From: a virus | Lineage: Duplodnaviria > Caudoviricetes | Virus record (IMG/VR): IMGVR_UViG_3300029288_000002 | Location: 1 to 64,000 of that record | Direction: 5' to 3' (one strand) | Length of the DNA stretch: 64,000 nucleotides | Part shown: positions 48,226 to 57,691 of the stretch, piece after piece | How positions within the stretch are numbered: position 1 is the first letter of the stretch | Layout: every line of letters begins with the position of its first letter | Notes under the pieces: model-generated | The model's input: only the letters and a program-made list of their open reading frames with translations | The model's database searches: none | What the model was told of the DNA's origin: nothing | Translations under genes and position numbers: made by a program

Positions 48226-50909
48226 TATTCTCCAAGTTTTGTTTCAACGAGTTTATACTTTCCCCATAAATATTCTATATCGCCATCATCATCTTGTACA
48301 TACTCTTTCACTATCCCGCTACTATTAGATATAATGTTCAACAGTAACCCTTCTGGAAACATCTTCCATGCGAAATCTAAACTCTTATTGTTCTGATAGG
48401 TTACTAATACTGCGAGAGTCGCTAACTCTTGTTCATTACTCAAAATATCCAATGCTTCATTGTGTAATTCAAGCAAATATCCAGATAAATCTTCTTTGTC
48501 ATGCTTATTGTGCTTTATGGAAATATACTTCTTTAGTAAACCTTTCATCTTTTCTTCGTTTTCTAAACAATAGTTATCACCATTACCTAATAAAACATGC
48601 CAATCATAATCATTATTGCTTTTCCCATTCTTCTTTTGAATATATTCTAATTGTGACTGCATGTAATGGCTAATATTATTCATTAGACTATTGTTGTCTA
48701 TAAAATAACTAAACCGCTTGTATCTTTGCGATAATTCTAACGACTCTTCTGTCTTATCTTCTAATTTTTCATTGAAAGACTTCCCGTATCTAAGATAACA
48801 TAAATTATCATAACTGCGAATTTCTTTTCTATACTTCTTTAGATAATGAGGATATAGCCAAGTAAAGAAATAAGGTCTTTGTAATACTGCCACTCGATTG
48901 TTAAACTTTGCTTTTTCTATTTCGTCATCACTCATATCAGTAGTTGTTTTAGTATACTGAGTCCAATGTGCGGGCATCTTCTCTAATGTTCCAGTTTTAG
49001 CTCTATCAATCTCACTACCTTGATAAAATCGAGTAAGCAATATTCTGTGCCGCAATTCTACTGCTTCTGGGCTATTCACATCAAATTCAGCCAATAGAGT
49101 CTGCATTGATGTACTGGTATTCGTAATATAACCAATTGCAGTACCCAAACTCTTTTTCTCAGTATCCCTTAATCTATTTTCTGTAATGAGAACCTTTTCA
49201 GCAATCAGTTTATCATAATATACTGGATTACCGCCTCTTGCAGCTTTTCGTATAACTTCACTATCGGTAGAACAACATAAGTCGCCATCCCAATCACTGT
49301 CGGCATGTCGTAATACTGAGTCGTCGCGAATATTGTAGATTATACCCGAAGTAATATAACTATACCAGTCATTCTTTTCATATACGAAACTTAGCTTTTT
49401 CACATTAACTTCTGATGCAATAGTTAATGGTGCGCGGAACAAAGTTATTTCAGCAGGCATGTTTTCTACAAACAACCAATAATAACTATATGCTTCTCCC
49501 TCTTTCAATAATCCTTCAACTCTTTTACCACATATCCATTCCATCTGTGCTACAGGATCACTTATCATTATTTGATAGTTACCGTGTACTAAAAGATTAC
49601 CCAAATATGACTCTTTGACTTTTCCTATTAAATCGCGTTGTATTCTTTGTCTTACATATGGGTCGTTTGCTACTTCTGAATTTACACTCATCGCTCTAAT
49701 AACTATATCAACTGTGTTATCCTTTAGAAAGTTTTGCTTTTGTGTACACTCGCCTGCAAGAAACAATAACGCCATATCAGACTCATTGTTTGCAACATTG
49801 TTTATCCAAGTTACTGTGTCTTGACACAACAATGGTATTTCTTCTTTGGCTATATCAAGAGTCTGCAAAAATTGGTAATTCATAAACGAATGAGTTTTGT
49901 CTCTTTCAGGAGCATAACGCGATACACCAAAGTATAAATCGTTTATGTAACATCCTTCAAGCCATTGTTCGCAAGAGTCATAGCATTGCCACATTTTCAT
50001 TTGACTCGCAGATAAAAACACGTCTACAGTTTCAATCCTGTGTTTCTTTCCCCACACATCGGTAACATATTCTGCATTACTAACTTGCGCAAATTTACGA
50101 GTATCAAATGTAACAAGATTACCTTTCGTCCAGTTACCGCGTATAATGAACCAGGAAGGCACATAAGCCAAATCTAATTCATCAGCCCATTGTCTTGCAT
50201 ATTCTTTAGATATAAGCCCCTGACCATCAAAACAATTGAACTCAATTGGTACTACTTCTTCTGTTATTGTAGCACCGTGATCTTTTACATAGTCTACTTT
50301 TGTATTGCGTGTTATCTTATAATCAGGCACTACTACAATGTTGGGAGTAGACACTCTAAGCGTTGCACTCGAATTGAGTCCCATATATGCAAGGAACTTA
50401 GCAGGTACAATCTTTACATTTTCGTTTCTATCATTATTTAACGTTGTAAAAACTGCTTTGCGAATAGACTCTTCTACAAAAAATATAGTGCTTCTGCGTA
50501 AACTACCAGAAGAAGACAATAGTCTAATAAAACGTTTACCGTTTATCTCAAACCCGTTTACAATCTTATCGTAATGTTTATTACTATCAAACATAACCGA
50601 GACTAAATAAGGGCAGTATAGCATTCCGTCAATTTCACTATTTAATTTTAGTAATCTCTCTCTGTTGCTTTCATTATCTGGCAACCTTGCTATTCTTTCT
50701 TTCTCTTTAATTTTCCAATCTAACAGTTCTTGATTATGATACTTCCCTGTGATTTGGCGTATTGTATCTAATAATTGACAATTACCTATTCTTACAATTT
50801 CACCATTGTTACGAAAATCAGCAAGACTACCCACAATTTTTAGTTTGCTGTGGCGTAGCCTTGTTGATGTTAGTTTGACTATTTCAAAAGATTGTAGTTT
50901 TCTTGACAA
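48225..50909 (-). CDS. yonO: YonO-like single-subunit double-psi-barrel RNA polymerase
   Basis: 894 aa; 'FDGQGLIS', 'IIRGNWTKG', 'FRAP', catalytic 'DSDWDGD', 'IGYITN', 'QGSEIDRAK'. Confidence 0.88.
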   Translation of the reverse strand: MSRKLQSFEIVKLTSTRLRHSKLKIVGSLADFRNNGEIVRIGNCQLLDTIRQITGKYHNQELLDWKIKEKERIARLPDNESNRERLLKLNSEIDGMLYCPYLVSVMFDSNKHYDKIVNGFEINGKRFIRLLSSSGSLRRSTIFFVEESIRKAVFTTLNNDRNENVKIVPAKFLAYMGLNSSATLRVSTPNIVVVPDYKITRNTKVDYVKDHGATITEEVVPIEFNCFDGQGLISKEYARQWADELDLAYVPSWFIIRGNWTKGNLVTFDTRKFAQVSNAEYVTDVWGKKHRIETVDVFLSASQMKMWQCYDSCEQWLEGCYINDLYFGVSRYAPERDKTHSFMNYQFLQTLDIAKEEIPLLCQDTVTWINNVANNESDMALLFLAGECTQKQNFLKDNTVDIVIRAMSVNSEVANDPYVRQRIQRDLIGKVKESYLGNLLVHGNYQIMISDPVAQMEWICGKRVEGLLKEGEAYSYYWLFVENMPAEITLFRAPLTIASEVNVKKLSFVYEKNDWYSYITSGIIYNIRDDSVLRHADSDWDGDLCCSTDSEVIRKAARGGNPVYYDKLIAEKVLITENRLRDTEKKSLGTAIGYITNTSTSMQTLLAEFDVNSPEAVELRHRILLTRFYQGSEIDRAKTGTLEKMPAHWTQYTKTTTDMSDDEIEKAKFNNRVAVLQRPYFFTWLYPHYLKKYRKEIRSYDNLCYLRYGKSFNEKLEDKTEESLELSQRYKRFSYFIDNNSLMNNISHYMQSQLEYIQKKNGKSNNDYDWHVLLGNGDNYCLENEEKMKGLLKKYISIKHNKHDKEDLSGYLLELHNEALDILSNEQELATLAVLVTYQNNKSLDFAWKMFPEGLLLNIISNSSGIVKEYVQDDDGDIEYLWGKYKLVETKLGE

Positions 50910-50974
50910 TAGTTTATCTCCTTTAGATACGGTTTTAGACTATCCCTCGACGCTCTCTTGCATAAACCCGCCTT

Positions 50975-51445
50975 TTAGTAGTATATTTCTTCAATAATCT
51001 TTTGAATATCAATCTTCTTCCAATAGCTCAAATCCATATTAGCATCTAAATATCTGGTTAGAATTTCCAGCTTCTCATTCTTACCAACCATATACCAATC
51101 TCTGCATTCGCACAACTTATAGTTTATATCATCTTTGGGAATGTGAACATATTCTGTAAACGACACCTTTTCGTTGCGGTTGTATACAGTGTCGCGTCTG
51201 TAAAACAAACACGCTGGTTCTTCACCATCACCGCCATCCATATATGCAGCTATATAAACCTCTGTTTTATTATCTCCTGTAACAGTACTGTCCTTCCAAT
51301 CAGCAATAATTTGTCCGTTTTCATACTCTTCGATCAATCCTGTTTCTAAAAGAATATTTGACAACACATCTCTCATTGCCAAAGTAAACTCACTAAAAGC
51401 ATAGTATTCTACCGTAATCTTGCCTGCCAAATTCGTAATATCCAT
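50975..51445 (-). CDS. hypothetical protein
   Basis: 156 aa, AAGGAG RBS. Confidence 0.65.
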   Translation of the reverse strand: MDITNLAGKITVEYYAFSEFTLAMRDVLSNILLETGLIEEYENGQIIADWKDSTVTGDNKTEVYIAAYMDGGDGEEPACLFYRRDTVYNRNEKVSFTEYVHIPKDDINYKLCECRDWYMVGKNEKLEILTRYLDANMDLSYWKKIDIQKIIEEIYY

Positions 51446-51455
51446 ATTCTTCTCC

Positions 51456-51806
51456 TTATATAACCCAACAAGTATAATTTATTACAAACGGTTTCTCAAT
51501 AGATAAAAAGAAACTCTCGCTATAACCAAACCAAATCGCTACACTTTCAGGAAGTCCGACCACATCTGCGATCTGTTCCCCTTTTGTTTTTAATAATACA
51601 ACATTGAATTCTGAATTATAGCCGGTATAATCCTTATCCTCAAAACGAATAACACTATTGTAGCAACAGCCACCACTCATAGAGACTTTAAAATATTGTG
51701 CTGTGGACTCTTTATATGAGCAAAGAGTAACAGAATTATCGCTTAGAAACTCTACCCCTTGAATAACAGAACCTCGCAAATCTTGTAAACATTCTCGCAT
51801 GTTCAT
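51456..51806 (-). CDS. hypothetical protein (loose family B)
   Basis: Start MNMREC coupled to the upstream stop; 'LRGSVIQGVEF'. Confidence 0.6.
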   Translation of the reverse strand: MNMRECLQDLRGSVIQGVEFLSDNSVTLCSYKESTAQYFKVSMSGGCCYNSVIRFEDKDYTGYNSEFNVVLLKTKGEQIADVVGLPESVAIWFGYSESFFLSIEKPFVINYTCWVI

Positions 51807-52195
51807 TAGTATGAATATTCTCCCTTTTCGCCTTTCCACATGAAGTATTCATAGTTTGCAGGAATATCTTCTGGCGCAAGAGACATCCACAACTCATAGT
51901 CTTCTTTTTCTAACATAATTAGTAAACCGATATCATCTATAAAAACCACATCTGTTACAGTCATGGGCAAACAATCGTTGTCCTCAAACACAGACATCAT
52001 ATTCGTCTCAATTGTTCCAGTAGTTATAAAAGTATAAACCCGATCAAACATGCTCCAGGCATTACCGTCTCTATCAGTTGTTGTACGAATAAATGTTAAT
52101 TGGGTTATACCTTCCGCGTATTCCGCCTTAGCTAATTCTACATGGAAATTATCACCGTTAGCAGTAATTTCATTTATAAACTGTTGTTTATTCAT
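51806..52195 (-). CDS. hypothetical protein
   Basis: 129 aa, ATGA overlap. Confidence 0.6.
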   Translation of the reverse strand: MNKQQFINEITANGDNFHVELAKAEYAEGITQLTFIRTTTDRDGNAWSMFDRVYTFITTGTIETNMMSVFEDNDCLPMTVTDVVFIDDIGLLIMLEKEDYELWMSLAPEDIPANYEYFMWKGEKGEYSY

Positions 52196-52464
52196 TTCTT
52201 TTCAATCCTTGTTATTTTACCACACTGATCAAACCATATAACACAAATAACCTTTATACTATTATCTTCCAATATTTGAAAAATACGAAACCAATTATCG
52301 TTTAAACTTTGTGACCAAATGTATTCGGACAAATTAATCTTTACGCCATTAGCTAACAAAAGGTGGGCATCGTTTTTATAACTATATAAATTTTCCCATG
52401 CGACACCCACATAATCAAACGAGTTTTCTAAAAAGGAGAGTAGTGTAATTTCGTAATATCCCAT
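52192..52464 (-). CDS. hypothetical protein
   Basis: Start MGYYEI with AAAGG RBS. Confidence 0.55.
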   Translation of the reverse strand: MGYYEITLLSFLENSFDYVGVAWENLYSYKNDAHLLLANGVKINLSEYIWSQSLNDNWFRIFQILEDNSIKVICVIWFDQCGKITRIEKK

Positions 52465-52465
52465 A

Positions 52466-52898
52466 TTATTGCCTTTCTGGTGTATAAGTAACACTATTAT
52501 TGCTAAACAAATAAGTACCCTTCCCATAATCTCTAACTATAACATCAAATTTATAAGTAGATATACTTACAGGAATATAGTCTTCCCCGTTGTAGTATAA
52601 ACACAAAAATACTTCATCTGCTGAAACTCGATTTAATACAAAAATATGTTTAATGTTGAGATCAACAGATTGAGATAATGCTGTCATAGCATCTAATATA
52701 TCGTTATTCGCATAGCCTTCCCGTTGGACTTATACTTTAGAAGTTAAACCTTTCCCCGCAAAGATTAGTGTTACATCATTTTGCTGTAAACTAATTTCCG
52801 TTAGCGATTTACCAACTAAACATTGAAACATACTTTTTAAATTTTCTTGTAAAACATATTCGTCATCAGTTAGTTTCATTTCGTTATCTTTAATCATA
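52466..52898 (-). pseudogene. family-B gene interrupted by a single in-frame TAA (52730-52732)
   Basis: ORFs 52730..52915 and 52466..52687 share a frame; ...TSKV*VQREGYANNDILDAMTALSQ... reads through. Confidence 0.6.
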
Positions 52899-53471
52899 TT
52901 CGCCTTCGTATACAAAATAAAAACAATCCCAAATTGTATTTACTCTATAACATTCTTTTCCCCAACATTGGTTTTCTGCTTTTATAACGTGTTCCGAATT
53001 AAATAATACAACATCATAAATTTTATCTATTTCGCCAAGATATACTTTGCATTTGTTTTTATTTTTGAGAATAATACAAATCCAAACATCTGTATGAGTA
53101 GCCGCTCTAAACATCCAATACTCGTGAAATCTGTCACACGGAATATCAACACTTTGGTAGTTTTCATTATTGTTTAGTTTGCTTTCAATCCAAAGAAAGC
53201 CTTCTAAATCTCTTTTTCTAAACAACATATCAGGCAATGTATATATAACATCATTCAATAATACTTGTGGCCCATGAGAATCACTGGTATAAGTATCATC
53301 GTCTGGTGAAATGTAAACGCACTTAAATATTTCTTCAATTAATTCTGTGTTTACCATTTTGCCATCATGATTTCCGGCAACAAAAGAATATCCCTTCTTG
53401 GGAAAAAGTCTACTTAAGAAGTTCTCGCCGCGACTTCCTTTCTCATAGTTTTCTTTAAATTTATTAGCCAT
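52890..53471 (-). CDS. PD-(D/E)xK nuclease-like protein (paralog of 46343-46939)
   Basis: 'G..GE', 'LPDMLF...WIESK'. Confidence 0.65.
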   Translation of the reverse strand: MANKFKENYEKGSRGENFLSRLFPKKGYSFVAGNHDGKMVNTELIEEIFKCVYISPDDDTYTSDSHGPQVLLNDVIYTLPDMLFRKRDLEGFLWIESKLNNNENYQSVDIPCDRFHEYWMFRAATHTDVWICIILKNKNKCKVYLGEIDKIYDVVLFNSEHVIKAENQCWGKECYRVNTIWDCFYFVYEGEYD

Positions 53472-53874
53472 TTAAGCAATCCATATTGAAATCTGTTTTT
53501 TGATTAGCACTCAGTTTTGCATTTGCTTCTCTATCATCCTCGCGCAATAAAGCGTCTGCTTTTGCACATTCTAACCAAGTCAAGTCATCTTTGTGATCAA
53601 AAGGAACATCGCCAAAAGCATATAAAAGAGAATGCTTCTTTGGAAAACTTCGGGATTGCCATTTGAAGAATTTGCGTAGTACCTTTTCCGAAGGCACATA
53701 CCCTTCAACCTTTTCAATGGTTGCAGAATGTTCCAAAGTGAAAAACATAATTGTTTGGCAGTTAACTTTGCCAAAATATTGCAAAGACAATTCTGTAATA
53801 TGCTTACGATAGCGAATTTCTAATTGGTTATTCAACTCTGCTGGATCGGTAATTGTGCGCAGATCTATTTCCAT
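53464..53874 (-). CDS. hypothetical protein (paralog of 46936-47367)
   Basis: 'LSLQYFGK..QTI', 'PSEKVLRKF..WQS', 'HKDDLTW..C.K.D'. Confidence 0.7.
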   Translation of the reverse strand: MEIDLRTITDPAELNNQLEIRYRKHITELSLQYFGKVNCQTIMFFTLEHSATIEKVEGYVPSEKVLRKFFKWQSRSFPKKHSLLYAFGDVPFDHKDDLTWLECAKADALLREDDREANAKLSANQKTDFNMDCLNG

Positions 53875-53893
53875 ATCATTTCTCCTTTCTTGT

Positions 53894-53922
53894 ATTATAC
53901 ACCTTTATTTTATACTTGTCAA
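53894..53922 (-). promoter_or_regulatory. sigma70/sigA-type promoter
   Basis: TTGACA-17 nt-TATAAT. Confidence 0.85.
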
Positions 53923-53925
53923 GGA

Positions 53926-54243
53926 CTAAATATAACCCGCGTTATATTCAAAAGGAGTATTGACATACAACCGCAAATTATCATTGTCAAAACGAATAAT
54001 CGTAACTGTTGATAACTCTTCAACCTTTGTTACTAACACCTTTTTAGCTAAATAAAATTTGTAGCGATATTCGTCATCTATTATGATAATATTACTTGCA
54101 CCGGCTATTGTTAGTCCAGAGGTGTTTGATATTGTAATTGACATCAGAGTCGTTTTATTTCTAAAGTTTAGAATGATAGTATTGTTGCTTGTATACCAAA
54201 GGTTATATAGCTCAAATCCAGTTAGATTATATAGATCGCTCAT
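53926..54243 (-). CDS. hypothetical protein (loose family B)
   Basis: 105 aa, ATGA overlap; 'LTGFELYNLW'. Confidence 0.6.
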   Translation of the reverse strand: MSDLYNLTGFELYNLWYTSNNTIILNFRNKTTLMSITISNTSGLTIAGASNIIIIDDEYRYKFYLAKKVLVTKVEELSTVTIIRFDNDNLRLYVNTPFEYNAGYI

Positions 54244-55724
54244 AGCCCTAATCTTTCCTTTACAATATCATAATATTTTTGTTCTTTCTCTATTCCAATA
54301 AATCTACGATTTAAGTTCTTACACGCGAGTCCTGTAGTACCCGAACCCATACAATTGTCTAAAACTAAATCCTCTTCGTTTGTATACATCTTGACTAAGT
54401 ATTTTAATAAAGACAAAGGTTTCTGAGTTGGATGTAGTTTATTCTTTTGATCCGCATTTGAAAAACTAATAATTGAAGTTGGATAATATAGGTTGTTAAT
54501 TGTTATCAAGTCATTTGTATTATTATAGCAACCTTTATTACCAGCTTGATAACCGCCCTTCTTTCTTGGTTTACCTCTTTCTACCATTTGAGGGTTATAT
54601 TTGATCTTATTTTTACCAAAAACGAGAACGTGTTCGTGCTGTCGTAGGGGCATTATTTTAGAATTTAGAAATCCTGTTGTACTAATCTTATTCCAAATAA
54701 TATCATACTTATACCAATCAGGGTTTGATAACATGCACAATCCAGTAAAGATTCCGTCTGCGTGTAATAGTATCGCGCAGTTATCTTTTATAATTCGTTT
54801 ATATTGTAACCATAATGGTTCAAAAGGAATTATTATATCCCATTTGTTTTTAGTTATAGAAAATGGCAAATCGCAAATTATAGAGTCTACACTTTTATCT
54901 GGTATTTGAGGCATTAGGTCTAAACAATTGCCAAGCCATAATTCTATATCATTCATAGTTAACAGTATCGGGTCTACTCGTTCTTGTGCCAGTTTGCAAT
55001 ATTCTTCTTCCTTCTCTATGCCTACACAATTCATATTCAACTTTTTGCATACGATTGCGGTTGTACCACTGTCAAGAAAACAGTCTAATACAGTATCGCC
55101 TTCTTTGCAATGTGCTTTGATGATACGATCTATAGCTTTTTCGGGTTTTGGTGTATAATGTAACTTGGTTGTATTTTGATTAGAATACCTCTTTACTCCA
55201 CTATCACCTAATGAAACTTCTGTTATATCTACCCAAACATTAGAATGTCTAAGAACATCTCTTCCGGTTCTTTCAATATCAGATTTAGTAAACCCTGTTT
55301 CAGATCGTTTAGTTTCACTGTACTGATTTTCAATATTCCATGTGAAACATTTGTTATTTTTCACAAACCACATAATCTCTTCGCGTGTGTACAACCAACC
55401 TTTGCGCATACCTATACCGCGTTGTTTCTTCCAAGTTATCAAATCTTTAAAATGCCACTCGTTTGAGAAAACAGGAAACCATTGTATCAGCGATTGACTC
55501 TTTTCACCTATACCGCACCAAACATATAATGAGCAAGAGTCTTTGGCTATTCTAAACAATTGTTTAGACAATTCTTCGTTTACTTGTTCTACCTTATCCC
55601 ACTTCTCTTTTGTAACTAAATATGGAGGATCACAAATAATTAAGTCTACGCTATTATCCGCTAATTTAGGCAATTCGTCTTGCCATGTCCCGTTTATAAT
55701 TTGAATATTGCTCATTGCATACAA
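54240..55724 (-). CDS. tandem double-domain DNA methyltransferase (two beta-class domains fused)
   Basis: Domain 1: DPPY, HYTPKP, DCFLDSGTT. Domain 2: DLPF, HPTQKP, DNCMGSGTTG. Confidence 0.9.
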   Translation of the reverse strand: MYAMSNIQIINGTWQDELPKLADNSVDLIICDPPYLVTKEKWDKVEQVNEELSKQLFRIAKDSCSLYVWCGIGEKSQSLIQWFPVFSNEWHFKDLITWKKQRGIGMRKGWLYTREEIMWFVKNNKCFTWNIENQYSETKRSETGFTKSDIERTGRDVLRHSNVWVDITEVSLGDSGVKRYSNQNTTKLHYTPKPEKAIDRIIKAHCKEGDTVLDCFLDSGTTAIVCKKLNMNCVGIEKEEEYCKLAQERVDPILLTMNDIELWLGNCLDLMPQIPDKSVDSIICDLPFSITKNKWDIIIPFEPLWLQYKRIIKDNCAILLHADGIFTGLCMLSNPDWYKYDIIWNKISTTGFLNSKIMPLRQHEHVLVFGKNKIKYNPQMVERGKPRKKGGYQAGNKGCYNNTNDLITINNLYYPTSIISFSNADQKNKLHPTQKPLSLLKYLVKMYTNEEDLVLDNCMGSGTTGLACKNLNRRFIGIEKEQKYYDIVKERLGL

Positions 55725-56080
55725 TTTTTATATTCATCATATGACGAATATTTAGATAACCTGAAAAACGGGAACAAATCGTTCTGTTTTACTAATCTAA
55801 TTTTATCAAGAAGCCACTCAATAGGGAAGAAATCAATTACTATAATTTCTTGAGAATATTTTCTTCCTATAATTTTAGTTTTACTATCGTATTGAAACAC
55901 AACTCTTTTTCCAGTTGTAATATCTTTGTTTATCTCTTTCCTGAATAGTTTAAAATGCAATGTCTGAAAAGTTTTAAAACTCGGATATAATTTTATATTA
56001 TCTTTTAAATAATTCTTTCTTTCTTTGTACAGCAAAAATAATATAATCAAAACACATAATACAAAATTAGCAATTATCAT
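55712..56080 (-). CDS. hypothetical protein with N-terminal membrane anchor
   Basis: Hydrophobic N-terminus; AAGGAG RBS. Confidence 0.6.
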   Translation of the reverse strand: MIIANFVLCVLIILFLLYKERKNYLKDNIKLYPSFKTFQTLHFKLFRKEINKDITTGKRVVFQYDSKTKIIGRKYSQEIIVIDFFPIEWLLDKIRLVKQNDLFPFFRLSKYSSYDEYKNCMQ

Positions 56081-56147
56081 TCAATTTCTCCTTTTTATGA
56101 ATTTATCTGTTTATAACTTGTCATTTCGTAAAAGTACCATTTTGCTT

Positions 56148-56528
56148 TTACCTACTCACCAAATTATAGTCTCTATCAAAATACCGCCAAATATCGCTTA
56201 TACAAATTCCAATGTCTCCAATAATATCTATTTCGGCACCGTAATGCTCATTACAAATCCATATACCTAAATAAACACGGTCATATATAATATAATGAAC
56301 ATTTTCAACAACACAATCTATATAATCTGGCATTCCCATTATATCTATTATAGAATTAAAATGCTCGCCTCTATAATTAAACCATCGTAAAATGCTTTTT
56401 TCTTTATTATTATAAAACTCAAATTCGGCATACTCCTTAACAATTGTAATCTTGTTTAATTTCGTTCCTTTTAAAATATTCAGTAACAAAGAAGCATCTT
56501 TAATGTTTTTTAGTATTTTATCATCCAT
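56148..56528 (-). CDS. hypothetical protein (loose family B)
   Basis: 'LKGTKLNKITI'. Confidence 0.6.
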   Translation of the reverse strand: MDDKILKNIKDASLLLNILKGTKLNKITIVKEYAEFEFYNNKEKSILRWFNYRGEHFNSIIDIMGMPDYIDCVVENVHYIIYDRVYLGIWICNEHYGAEIDIIGDIGICISDIWRYFDRDYNLVSR

Positions 56529-56544
56529 AATATCAATCCTTTAT

Positions 56545-56982
56545 TTAGCCACAAATAGCAATAGTATATTCTGCAATCTGACAATCTTCTAACTCCCACA
56601 CCTCTGGCTTTAAGTTATCAGTTAGTATAAACGACTTCCCACAAAAGCACAAATCGCAATATAACTTGTAAACACTCTCTCCATTTTGTACTTCTAATTC
56701 TATATAGTTTACATCTCGATTATCACGAAACTCGACATTGATTTTATTCACAATGGAATTGCATCGCCTTCGCCCATCAAATATAATCTCATTCATGTAT
56801 TTTTGTAAAAATATGCTATAGGGCGAATACAAACATTCTAACTCAAAACTCTTGTCGTTCTCTTTTAGAAACAAATATACTACTTTATCTGCGTGACAAC
56901 TAATCTTAGCAAGATTACAGTCAATCAATTGATCAAATATGTTTTGTAAGTTTGTTTTAGAAAGTTTTGTATAAATTTTCAT
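56545..56982 (-). CDS. hypothetical protein (loose family B)
   Basis: 'LIDCNLAKISC'; AAGGAG RBS. Confidence 0.6.
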   Translation of the reverse strand: MKIYTKLSKTNLQNIFDQLIDCNLAKISCHADKVVYLFLKENDKSFELECLYSPYSIFLQKYMNEIIFDGRRRCNSIVNKINVEFRDNRDVNYIELEVQNGESVYKLYCDLCFCGKSFILTDNLKPEVWELEDCQIAEYTIAICG

Positions 56983-56986
56983 ATTG

Positions 56987-57174
56987 TCACTCCTTAAACT
57001 TGTAGTAACTCATTTCGTGCCAGCGATTGTCTAAACTATAGGAGTCTAATATCACAGACTCCTGATCATCAGACTCTACATCATAGTACCAACAAGAGTC
57101 GTCTGCTACTACAAATTCGTCCCACATCCAAACTAAATCAACAGATAATATGCCGCGACTCGGATAATCCTCAT
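56987..57174 (-). CDS. small hypothetical protein (start and frame uncertain)
   Basis: Gap between two genes, covered by the 3' part of ORF 56987..57226. Confidence 0.35.
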
Positions 57175-57656
57175 AATTCGTCTTTGGGTGTGTTTTCCTC
57201 ATGAGGAATACTCCTAACTTCATCACGATAAATAACCTCTTGACACTTCGGACATTGCAAAACGATCCAATTTTCTTTTGGTACTACAATATCTAACCCA
57301 CACTTACGACAAACAATAGTCATCTTGTTTTCATCTTTGACTCTCGCAGCACGTTGAACAGGGCAATTGCAGTCAATCCCATCACCAAATATATCGTTGG
57401 CTGTTATAAACATAACATCGCCACCATCTTGATTTTGCAATACCATTATACCTTGAATTGTATATGTTTCATAGCTGTTGTCAAGGTATGTTTCTGCCAA
57501 CATTCGTGCTTCATCAAAACTACTGGCTAAAAAGTGAAATTGTTCAGTTGACATAATGGCGCGATCTTCATATGTGTCACCTGTTTCAGCTTCTATAGCC
57601 GCAACCTCTTCTTCTGTCAATTGAACATCCACAAACACCCGCCATCCTTTTTGCAT
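57171..57656 (-). CDS. hypothetical acidic protein with C-terminal Zn ribbon
   Basis: CRKC...CPKC; AAGGAG RBS. Confidence 0.65.
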   Translation of the reverse strand: MQKGWRVFVDVQLTEEEVAAIEAETGDTYEDRAIMSTEQFHFLASSFDEARMLAETYLDNSYETYTIQGIMVLQNQDGGDVMFITANDIFGDGIDCNCPVQRAARVKDENKMTIVCRKCGLDIVVPKENWIVLQCPKCQEVIYRDEVRSIPHEENTPKDEL

Positions 57657-57691
57657 ATCTTTGTTACTCCTTTTATACTAAAATTCACTTT

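Noticed and set aside
52730-52732. Stop-codon reassignment suggested by the in-frame TAA
   Set aside because: TAA, TAG and TGA all terminate genes normally elsewhere and long genes are intact under the standard code; a single nonsense change is simpler.
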